Part shown: positions 44,934 through 53,075 of the stretch, piece after piece
How the letters are laid out: every line of letters starts with the position of its first letter
Numbering within the stretch: position 1 is the stretch's first letter
NCBI GenBank assembly: GCA_013286575.1
Contig: JABDFL010000002.1
Span: 11,143 to 75,142, forward strand
Direction: 5' to 3'
Origin: Candidatus Omnitrophota bacterium
GTDB taxonomy: Bacteria; Omnitrophota; Gorgyraeia; Zapsychrales; Fredricksoniimonadaceae
DNA: 64,000 nucleotides
Program-made: the position numbers and the translations under genes
Notes under the pieces: model-generated
What the model saw: only the letters and a program-made list of their open reading frames with translations
What the model was told of the DNA's origin: nothing
Databases searched by the model: none

Positions 44934-46788
44934 AAGAAAGATGCTGCGCTTCCACCCGAAGCGTCAGCCTTTTATTGATATACCAGTTAAATCCAATGCT
45001 GCCTGAATTGCCGCGTTGATTACCGGTATCATTAATGAATTCATAACGCAAAAAATAGGAAAATTGATTGGCCCCCCAGTAGAGATTGTTCTTGTTTAAA
45101 AACTGCTCCCATTCCACGGATATCCGCTGGGAGGGAAAATTACCGGGTGAAAAATAATCCGGCTCTATTTCCCTGAAACGCCAATCCTGCCAACGGTATT
45201 GTACCGTCAAGCGGTTGGGATCAGACAGCAGGTTCCAGCCAATGTCCCCGCCAAAATTATCCAACCTGTTCGAATCGGTAAAAACTGAATGGGCCTCATC
45301 CACACCGATCTCAAGAGGTTTAATCGGTGTCCATGTGGCACGCGCGCGGTATTGATCTTGCTGCAGATGCTCCGCCAGCATGGCTTCATTCTGGATAAAA
45401 TCATCCCGGTCATAGGAAAGGTTTAATAACAAGCGTTCGGTTAAAAGGGGGAACTGGACTTCGGCGTTACGGTACTGCAGGTCTTTATCATCATTTGAGG
45501 AATTACTCAACCCATAACCCAATTTCCAAAAGGTGTCCGGGGAAAAATCCTGTTCTAAAGACATCGAATAACGGTCCCGTCGGACACTGGAAAGGGGCCC
45601 GGGAAAACCATAATCCATTTCATCCGTTCTGATGCCAAAAACCATATTACCTAAAACTGATTTTTCCAGACTTTCGTAAGCATCATAAAGCCGGTAATCG
45701 ACCTGGCGGGTTTTGCTGTCTGCCTCATCATGCAGGAATCCGGTATCTATGAACCAATCGTGGTCATACACCCGGGCTTTGTCCAGGACGGCTTGGGCTT
45801 GAGCATTATTGGGGAATTTATAGAGAAGTTCATCGTAATCCTCCTCGGTAGCACGGTACTGATCGCTTCTGGCGTAAATCTGCCCAAGATCAAAAAGCGC
45901 CTCCGGATCATACGGTTCAAGGGCCAGCCATTGACGATAGGCTTGTTTTGCCGGAAAATATAAATTATTGTAATAATCTTTCTTGGCGCGGGCTTCTGCA
46001 TAAAGTGCTTGATCATTGGGGAAACGCCGGCAGGCCTCATCATACAAAGAAGCTGATTCTGCGGTCCTGTCCGCCCAACCCATGACACGGGCACACTCCC
46101 GGTAATAAAGGACCTTGTCCGGATGTTCCTGCATCAGTTTTTTATAAATATTGATGGAAAGAGCGGTCTGGGCCTGCCAGCTCAAGATCCGTGCTTTCCA
46201 TAACAAGGCGTTTTCATCGTCAGGCGAATTCTTTAAAATGATCTCCAATTGGCCAAGGGCCTGGTCGAATTTTTGTTCTTCAATGTATGTTTCTGCGGTA
46301 ACCGTCTGTGGGGCCCCTGTAGCCCCGGTCGATGTTGAGGCGGCCGCGCTTTGCTTGTTCCAGATCAGCATGTTGATATATATCGATTGGATCTCTTTTT
46401 GGTCTTTGTGGGCGTCTGCCAATTTTTTCATATATGCCAAAACCTCCGGATTAGCGCCCTGCGACTGAAGCACATGCGCATACGTCATCAGTTCATCGTT
46501 ACTGCATCCTTTCGCGCATAATTCATCAAAGGCCGCCACAGCTTCTTTCCAATGGCCGCCAAACCCCAGGACCCTGGCATATGTCCACTTGACTTCCAAA
46601 TCATTAGGGTAACGTTGATATAATTCAGTAATGATGGGTATTGCTTCGGCATACCTTCCCAGCCGCTCTAAGCTGTAAACCCCTCCTAATCTTGCCCTGT
46701 CCCCTATATCCAGGGGTTCTCCGTAAGAAGACACACATATAAAACACGCTATGATGAACAACAAAAGAAAAACCGGCCTATTTTGCAT
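44872..46788 (-). CDS. TPR + C-terminal beta-barrel outer-membrane protein (BcsC/PgaA-like polysaccharide export porin)
   Basis: Signal peptide MQNRPVFLLLFIIACFICVSSYG; TPR-like repeats to about aa 330; then an alternating beta-strand pattern ending TVSLIFAF (terminal Phe). Confidence 0.6.
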   Translation of the reverse strand: MQNRPVFLLLFIIACFICVSSYGEPLDIGDRARLGGVYSLERLGRYAEAIPIITELYQRYPNDLEVKWTYARVLGFGGHWKEAVAAFDELCAKGCSNDELMTYAHVLQSQGANPEVLAYMKKLADAHKDQKEIQSIYINMLIWNKQSAAASTSTGATGAPQTVTAETYIEEQKFDQALGQLEIILKNSPDDENALLWKARILSWQAQTALSINIYKKLMQEHPDKVLYYRECARVMGWADRTAESASLYDEACRRFPNDQALYAEARAKKDYYNNLYFPAKQAYRQWLALEPYDPEALFDLGQIYARSDQYRATEEDYDELLYKFPNNAQAQAVLDKARVYDHDWFIDTGFLHDEADSKTRQVDYRLYDAYESLEKSVLGNMVFGIRTDEMDYGFPGPLSSVRRDRYSMSLEQDFSPDTFWKLGYGLSNSSNDDKDLQYRNAEVQFPLLTERLLLNLSYDRDDFIQNEAMLAEHLQQDQYRARATWTPIKPLEIGVDEAHSVFTDSNRLDNFGGDIGWNLLSDPNRLTVQYRWQDWRFREIEPDYFSPGNFPSQRISVEWEQFLNKNNLYWGANQFSYFLRYEFINDTGNQRGNSGSIGFNWYINKRLTLRVEAQHLSYDHPGIYKDDEQTVSLIFAF

Positions 46789-47575
46789 CCACCACCTCCT
46801 GATAAACTTTTAAAGCTTCTTCATCCCGGCCTAAAAGACGCAGTTCGTCACCGAGCATGATGACAGCTTCTTTCTTGGTAAAACCATCACTGAGCAGACC
46901 CTTGAGCTCTTTAACAGCCTGTTCGTGATTTCCGGCAGCAGAAACAAGCTGTGCATGCTGATAACGCAAATCCTTATCATCAGGATTGCGGGAAAGTAAG
47001 GCATTCATCCGGGCGATCGCATCAACATATTTCTTCTGCTCCACCAGTACATCGGCATAAGCTTCTTGTATTCTCAGATCATTAGGATATTTGGTGCTTA
47101 ATTCTTCAATGATCTGTTGGCCTTCGGGATTTTTAACATTCCAGGACAATATTTCTGCATAGACTGATTGAATTTCTTCCTGGCCTGGGTGCTGATCAGC
47201 CAGTTTCTTTATGTATTCTAACGTTTCTGAATGGGGGCCCTGTGCTTCAAGGATATGTGCATAGGTCACGAACATATCTTCGCCGCACTTAACGGCACAT
47301 AACTCATCAAAGGCTTTCGTTGCCTGCTTCCAATGACCTCCAAACCCCAAAACCCGCACATAGCTCCACTTAACCTCCTTATTATCGGGATAACCTTGAT
47401 ACAAACCCTCTATCATTGGTATTGCTTTAGCGTATTGCCTGAGCTTCTCCAGGCTGTAGACTTCTCCAAGCTTGGCCCGGTCATCAATCGTCAGCGTACT
47501 TTCCGCATGACTTTTAAAGGCAAAGCTCATGAACAAAACTGCAAGTGCCGCCATAACAATAAATTTATTATCCAT
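46778..47575 (-). CDS. Periplasmic TPR protein, paralogue of both flanking TPR genes
   Basis: Signal peptide MDNKFIVMAALAVLFMSFAFKSHA. The N-terminal half resembles the N-terminus of the 638-aa protein; the C-terminal part resembles the C-terminus of the 230-aa protein. Confidence 0.7.
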   Translation of the reverse strand: MDNKFIVMAALAVLFMSFAFKSHAESTLTIDDRAKLGEVYSLEKLRQYAKAIPMIEGLYQGYPDNKEVKWSYVRVLGFGGHWKQATKAFDELCAVKCGEDMFVTYAHILEAQGPHSETLEYIKKLADQHPGQEEIQSVYAEILSWNVKNPEGQQIIEELSTKYPNDLRIQEAYADVLVEQKKYVDAIARMNALLSRNPDDKDLRYQHAQLVSAAGNHEQAVKELKGLLSDGFTKKEAVIMLGDELRLLGRDEEALKVYQEVVDAK

Positions 47576-48257
47576 TTTCCGCCCTCTGATAAACTTTTAT
47601 GGCTTCTTCATCCCTGCCAAGGAGACGAAGCTCATCCCCCATCATCGTGAGGACCTCTTTTTTTGTATCTCCATCATCCAACAAAGCCTGGAGCTCCCTT
47701 TCGGCACGTTCGTGATCTCCTGCCGCAGAAACAACCTGCGCATGCTGATAACGCAGATCATTGTCGTCCGGAGCATAGGAAAGCAGAATGTCCATCTGGC
47801 CGATGGCATCAGCGTATTTCTTCTGCGCCAAAAGCACATTGGCGTATTTCCTGCGGACTTCCATGGATGGTTTTTTGGCCAAAACCCGTTCATAATATCC
47901 CTGGGAAAGAGTGTATGCTTTTTCGGTAAAAGCCATGTCGGCTAAAGACTCACTTACTTTAGGGTCAGTGGGGAATCTATTGTTTATTTCTTCAAGGACA
48001 CGGCGTCCTTCACCCTCCCGGTTAAGGTGTTCATAAGTCCATACCAGTTTCCAGGCAATATTTTTGTCTTGGGGATTCATACGGTAGGCGGAAAGTAAAT
48101 AAGGTAAAGCATAGGAGTATTCACCTTCTTCAAAAAAACGCCCTCCTAATAAAGAAAATTTATAAAAAGTATGCGTCGCATTAAAAACTACGTATGTAGC
48201 GCTAACAATTGACACAGCAACAATCATCCAGACTACCGTACGATAGGTTTGTTTCAT
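47568..48257 (-). CDS. Membrane-anchored TPR protein
   Basis: Start at ATG 48255-48257 (MKQTYRTVVWMIVAVSIVSATYVV, TM anchor) with GGAG upstream; the longer ORF would overlap the DUF2934 gene. Confidence 0.65.
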   Translation of the reverse strand: MKQTYRTVVWMIVAVSIVSATYVVFNATHTFYKFSLLGGRFFEEGEYSYALPYLLSAYRMNPQDKNIAWKLVWTYEHLNREGEGRRVLEEINNRFPTDPKVSESLADMAFTEKAYTLSQGYYERVLAKKPSMEVRRKYANVLLAQKKYADAIGQMDILLSYAPDDNDLRYQHAQVVSAAGDHERAERELQALLDDGDTKKEVLTMMGDELRLLGRDEEAIKVYQRAENG

Positions 48258-48282
48258 CTGCCAGCTCCGGACTGAGATTTCC

Positions 48283-48513
48283 TTAAGATCCGCCTGAACG
48301 GTGTTTTTCTCTGAGCAGCCGTTCAGCTTCCAGCCAATTATCCAGCTCGTCACCTCCCTTTTCTTCATGGATCTGATGAGCCAGCAGTTCTATATCACGG
48401 TAAGAGGGCACATATTGCTCCTGCACGTTCTGAGAATTTTTCAAATCATGGGCCATCGCAGGATTATTTGAATCATTGGATTGCTGTTTGTTTTTCTCGT
48501 TTTGTTTTAACAT
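48283..48513 (-). CDS. DUF2934-like small protein
   Basis: SYRDIELLAHQIHEEKGGDELDNWLEAERLL. Start at ATG 48511-48513, preceded by AAGGAGA; the track ORF starts at a TTG. Confidence 0.55.
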   Translation of the reverse strand: MLKQNEKNKQQSNDSNNPAMAHDLKNSQNVQEQYVPSYRDIELLAHQIHEEKGGDELDNWLEAERLLREKHRSGGS

Positions 48514-48555
48514 TTTCTTCTCCTTTCCCCCCAATGCCCTATATACATTCCTAAT

Positions 48556-48894
48556 TTATTCCATTGGTAATCCTGCCTCTTTCCATTCCGTAATGCCTCC
48601 TTCATAAGCAGACACTCTAAAACCCCGGGTAAAAAGTTTTTCTGCGGCCTTATGGGAAGCCGGACAATCATAACTGGCACAGTAGGTCACCACTTCGATG
48701 TTCCTGTCAAGTTCCCCCAAACGGCTGTCCAGCTGGTCCAACGGGATTTTCTTGGAACCTTTAATCAATCCCAAATTATATTGTTTGGGATCAAGGACAT
48801 TGACGATTTGTACCGGTTGAACATTTTTGATCTTTTCAGCAAGCTCTTCCTTGGTAATGGTCCTGATATTGGATTTTGTCATATGTACTGTCAT
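48556..48894 (-). CDS. Single-domain rhodanese-like sulfurtransferase
   Basis: VVTYCASYDCPASHKAAEKL (active-site Cys loop) and GGITEWKEAGLP. SD GGAGGT. Confidence 0.75.
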   Translation of the reverse strand: MTVHMTKSNIRTITKEELAEKIKNVQPVQIVNVLDPKQYNLGLIKGSKKIPLDQLDSRLGELDRNIEVVTYCASYDCPASHKAAEKLFTRGFRVSAYEGGITEWKEAGLPME

Positions 48895-48963
48895 AATATT
48901 ACCTCCATGGTTAATTGATCATTTACCCTTCTTTAATCATGCCATTGATTTACAGATGCACTT

Positions 48964-49003
48964 TAACAAACCAAAAATGAAAAGAAGATGAAAATATAAT
49001 TAA
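48964..49003 (-). promoter_or_regulatory. Copy (c) of the recurrent 40-nt element
   Basis: TAACAAACCAAAAATGAAAAGAAGATGAAAATATAATTAA, 69 nt upstream of ATG 48894. Confidence 0.5.
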
Positions 49004-49027
49004 GACAAAACCGTTTTTGAGGAAGGG

Positions 49028-49951
49028 TCAGTAGTGGTACTCCAGCGATGTCACCCAGGTATAGTCCTGCCTTTTGAACCCCGGCGGCGGGTCTGAATTG
49101 AAATCATCAACGTAGCTGATCTTAAGCGCCCAGGCCCGGGTGATTTGATTGACCAGGTCGGTCTCGGACCTCACACGGTAGTCATTGATATTCTCCAAAG
49201 ACGGGTAGGTTGTCAGGTCTTCGGACAAATGCAAATTCCCTACCAGGCGTTTATCGATAAAAAATCGGGGCACTAATACCGGCGTTCCATTGTCAGGGGT
49301 CGTCTCAATGCGGTAAGCGGTGTACTGATACCCTATACCGACCTCCGCCATGGCCTTTAAATCGTCCGTGTCAGAAAACCAATAGCCCACACCGGTCGAC
49401 GGAGTCACGCGGTAATAGATATCGGCAAAATAATCCTGGCTGCCTTCAACTTTATAAAAGTTGTACCATTTTAAATTGCTGCCGAAACTGTACGCATAAC
49501 GGAGCAGCCCATAAAATTTCTTGCCGTTCATAACTCCGTCGGAAGAAGAATAAGCGGAATCAAATTTCACGGTCTCTTCATCAGCGGATGTTTTCCGGTT
49601 AATCGAAGTCGAAAACTGTCCTGATTGGCTTTTGGTATTGCCTCCATTTTGGGTATAGCCCAACGACAAATCCCTCTTCCATTCAACCGCGGGGACGGCC
49701 GCCGTTGGTTTCTGCTGCGGGATTTGGGGAGGCGCATATTTTTCGGGATACGTTTTAGGGAAATCAATAAAGGATTTATTTATTTTGATATTCCCTGCTG
49801 CCAGCGTCTGCACCACCATCGATTGGGCATCTTCCGTCACAATGACACCGGTAATTTTATCCCCGTTCTTTAAGTAAATCTCCATGCCCCAGGCCGATGA
49901 TGCCCATAAAAGACAAACAACAAGAATATACAGCAGGGATGCTCTCATCAT
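49028..49951 (-). CDS. DUF481 (YdiY-like) outer-membrane beta-barrel protein
   Basis: Signal peptide; DLSLGYTQNGGNTKSQSG; C-terminus YTWVTSLEYHY. Confidence 0.65.
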   Translation of the reverse strand: MMRASLLYILVVCLLWASSAWGMEIYLKNGDKITGVIVTEDAQSMVVQTLAAGNIKINKSFIDFPKTYPEKYAPPQIPQQKPTAAVPAVEWKRDLSLGYTQNGGNTKSQSGQFSTSINRKTSADEETVKFDSAYSSSDGVMNGKKFYGLLRYAYSFGSNLKWYNFYKVEGSQDYFADIYYRVTPSTGVGYWFSDTDDLKAMAEVGIGYQYTAYRIETTPDNGTPVLVPRFFIDKRLVGNLHLSEDLTTYPSLENINDYRVRSETDLVNQITRAWALKISYVDDFNSDPPPGFKRQDYTWVTSLEYHY

Positions 49952-51684
49952 TTCCGTTCATAACAGACACAGCTTAAAGGATTGAGGGAAAAATTAACCT
50001 GGGCATGCAGGATTTCCGGTGCTGACCTGCCCGGTCCCAGCCAGCGCTTATCACTGGAGTCCAGGACCAATTTCCAGGACTCATCAGGGTTCTTCCATAC
50101 GACCGGGTTGACAGAACGGCTGAAATTCAGGAAAATCTTTGCTTCACTGTCTTTATACCGCCGGGTTATCTTCAGCGTTTTTTTATCTTCCATGACCTTT
50201 GTGTCCAAAAAACCCTGGGGACCGCAGCAGGACAGGACGGGTTTGTTTCTTCTTAATGAAATGATATGCTGATAAAAAAGGAATAAGCCCCTGTGCGTGG
50301 AGGAATTTGATCCTTCCCAATACAATTTGCTGCGCCGAAAATCGGAAAGACCCGTGAAATATAAAAATGGCGAATCTTCCCCGAATTCCTCTCCCATAAA
50401 AAGCAAAGGGATAGAGGGCGAAAACAGGACCGCCGCAGCCGCTAATTTAAGGGCTTCAAAAGGGACCAGGGCGGACAATCTCTCTCCAAGGGGACGATTT
50501 CCCGCCTGGTCATGATTTTGGGAATAGGTGACCAGTTGATGGACGGGCGAGGCAGCGTCTGAAGCACCGCCGTGACAGCGTTTGCGGTAGCGGGAGTATT
50601 CTCCTGTATAAACGAAACCATTTTTAAATGCCTTGGCCAGATGGTTGATTTCCCCGAAATCAGTATAGTAGCCCTGCCTCTCACCTGTCAAAAGAGCATG
50701 GAGGCTGTGATGGAAATCATCGCTCCATTGCGCATCCATGCCATGACCTCCCTCCTTGCGGGATAAAATGACACGCGCATCATTCAAATCGCTCTCAGCG
50801 ATCAGGTAAAACTTTTTACTTAGCTGCATGGAGAGCTTATCCACTTCCTGCGAAAGTTCGGTAAGGAAATGCCTGGCCCCCGTATCATAAATCGCGTGGA
50901 TGGCATCCAGGCGCAAGGCATCCACGTGATAATATTCAAACCAGTAAAGCGCGTTGGAAATAAAAAAATTCCGCACCCCGTAGCTATACTCTCCGTCAAA
51001 ATTGATCGCCTGCCCCCAGGGTGTTTTATATTTTTCGCTGAAACAGGGCATGAACTTCTCCAGTGTATTGCCTACCGGACCCAGGTGATTATAAACCACA
51101 TCCAAAATGACCGCTATTTTAAGGGTATGGGCCGCATTCACCAGGGCCTTTAAACCATCCGGCCCCCCGTAGGAATGCTGCACCGCGAAAGGGAAAACAC
51201 CGTCGTATCCCCAATTGTGTTCCCCCGGAAATTGGGCCACGGGCATGATCTCAATGGCGTTTACCCCTAATTCTTTCAAATAATTCAATTTGGAAATGAC
51301 ACCTTTAAAATTCCCTTCCGGCGTGAATGTCCCCACATGAAGCTCATAGATGACCATCTCCTGCAAAGCCATGTCCTTGCCGTTTTTAAATTTCCAGCTA
51401 AAGGCGCCATGGTCCACCAGGCAGGACGCTCCCAAAACATCTTCAGGCTGATAGTAAGAAGCAGGGTCGGGAAAATCCTCACCGTTAAAATGATAAAAAT
51501 AGCGCGCACCGGGGTCAATATCTTCCAGGACAGCGCTCCAATATCCCCACTCGTCTTTTGCTAAAGGCACAAGCCGATCTGAAGGAGAAACGATATGCAA
51601 GGACACCTTCTCTAAAGCCGGTGCCCAGATGCAGAATCTAGCCTTTTTATTGCCAAGATAATGAGCTCCTATAAGCTGGACCAT
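49948..51684 (-). CDS. treZ: Malto-oligosyltrehalose trehalohydrolase-like GH13 enzyme
   Basis: FCIWAP N-domain, YELHVGTFTPEGNF, NWGYDGVFPFAVQHSYGGP, VILDVVYNHLGPVGN, DALRLDAIHAI. Confidence 0.7.
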   Translation of the reverse strand: MVQLIGAHYLGNKKARFCIWAPALEKVSLHIVSPSDRLVPLAKDEWGYWSAVLEDIDPGARYFYHFNGEDFPDPASYYQPEDVLGASCLVDHGAFSWKFKNGKDMALQEMVIYELHVGTFTPEGNFKGVISKLNYLKELGVNAIEIMPVAQFPGEHNWGYDGVFPFAVQHSYGGPDGLKALVNAAHTLKIAVILDVVYNHLGPVGNTLEKFMPCFSEKYKTPWGQAINFDGEYSYGVRNFFISNALYWFEYYHVDALRLDAIHAIYDTGARHFLTELSQEVDKLSMQLSKKFYLIAESDLNDARVILSRKEGGHGMDAQWSDDFHHSLHALLTGERQGYYTDFGEINHLAKAFKNGFVYTGEYSRYRKRCHGGASDAASPVHQLVTYSQNHDQAGNRPLGERLSALVPFEALKLAAAAVLFSPSIPLLFMGEEFGEDSPFLYFTGLSDFRRSKLYWEGSNSSTHRGLFLFYQHIISLRRNKPVLSCCGPQGFLDTKVMEDKKTLKITRRYKDSEAKIFLNFSRSVNPVVWKNPDESWKLVLDSSDKRWLGPGRSAPEILHAQVNFSLNPLSCVCYERK

Positions 51685-51702
51685 ATTTTCCTACGTTAAA
51701 AA

Positions 51703-53064
51703 TTATTTTATATACACTGTTTTAACATTAATAAATTCTTTGATGCCCGATTCTGCCAATTCACGGCCATATCCGGACTCTTTAATACCGCCGAAAGGCA
51801 GGCGCGGGTCGGATTTAACGGAATCATTCACAAAACAGCCTCCGGCCTGCAGCTCCTGGACGGCAATGCGTTCCCCGCGTTTGGTATCACGGGTAAAAAC
51901 AGCAGCACCCAAACCAAAAACCGTATCATTGGCCGTACGGATAGCTTCTTGCTCATCCGCCACTTCAATAAGAGCGGCCACCGGCCCGAATAATTCTTCC
52001 TGGTAAGCGGCCATTCCCGGACGTACACGGGTCAGCACTGTCGGAGGGTAAAATGCCCCCGGCCCCAAAGGGATCGCCCCGCCCAAAAGAAGCTTGGCAC
52101 CCTGTTTGACGCTTTTGTCAACCTGCCGGTGTAATTGAACACGCAGGTCATGGCGTGCCAAAGGCCCCAGATTGACCCCTTCATGCAAAGGCGGCCCCAT
52201 GCGCTGCATCTGCATGCGGGCCGTGAATCTTTCTTCAAACTCTTTAAAAACAGACGCTACCGCAATAAAACGTTTGGCTGATATGCAGCTTTGCCCGCCA
52301 TTGATCAGGCGGGAATTGACACATATCTCTGCAGCGCTTTCCAAATCAGCATCTTCCAAAATAATATAAGGATCGCTCCCCCCTAATTCCAGAACAGTCT
52401 TCTTGAGAACTGCCCCGGCATGGGTAGCGATGCTTTTGCCCGCACCCGTGCTTCCGGTCAGGCTCACCGCCTTAATAAAAGGGTGATCGATCAAGACTTT
52501 GACTTTTGAACTTGAAATGATCACATTGGAAAAAAGCGCCGGCGGAAAACCTGCATCTTTAAAAATCTTTTCTATGGCCAACGCACAACCGCATACATTG
52601 GAGGCATGCTTTAAAATAACGGCATTACCGGCCATGAGGGTGGGAGCAGCACACCTGAAAACCTGCCAAAAAGGAAAGTTCCAGGGCATGACAGCCAGGA
52701 CAATACCCAAAGGTTCATACGCGACAAAACTTTTACTTGCCTCGGTCCTGACAGGCTCGGGAGTCAAAAAAAACTCCGCATGCTCGGCATAAAAATCGCA
52801 CACAAAGGCGCATTTTTCAATTTCCCCCTGGCCTTGCATCAACGGTTTCCCCATTTCCCGGGCCATCAGCCGGGCATACTGGTCCTTATCCTTCCTTAGG
52901 ATTTCAGCCGCCTTTTTCATCAATAAACCGCGCTCCTTAAATGAGGCGCCCCGCCAGGACTGAAAAGATTTCTCGGCATGGTTTAAAATACCGTTTATCC
53001 TGGGCAATGAAAACTCAGGATAGGATTTTATTTTCTCACCTGTCGTCGGATCAGTGGTTTGCAT
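51703..53064 (-). CDS. NAD(P)-dependent succinate-semialdehyde dehydrogenase-like aldehyde dehydrogenase
   Basis: ALDH motifs VLELGGSDPYIIL (Glu), NGGQSCISAKRF (Cys), EELFGPVAAL. Confidence 0.8.
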   Translation of the reverse strand: MQTTDPTTGEKIKSYPEFSLPRINGILNHAEKSFQSWRGASFKERGLLMKKAAEILRKDKDQYARLMAREMGKPLMQGQGEIEKCAFVCDFYAEHAEFFLTPEPVRTEASKSFVAYEPLGIVLAVMPWNFPFWQVFRCAAPTLMAGNAVILKHASNVCGCALAIEKIFKDAGFPPALFSNVIISSSKVKVLIDHPFIKAVSLTGSTGAGKSIATHAGAVLKKTVLELGGSDPYIILEDADLESAAEICVNSRLINGGQSCISAKRFIAVASVFKEFEERFTARMQMQRMGPPLHEGVNLGPLARHDLRVQLHRQVDKSVKQGAKLLLGGAIPLGPGAFYPPTVLTRVRPGMAAYQEELFGPVAALIEVADEQEAIRTANDTVFGLGAAVFTRDTKRGERIAVQELQAGGCFVNDSVKSDPRLPFGGIKESGYGRELAESGIKEFINVKTVYIK

Positions 53065-53075
53065 GGTTTTCCTTC

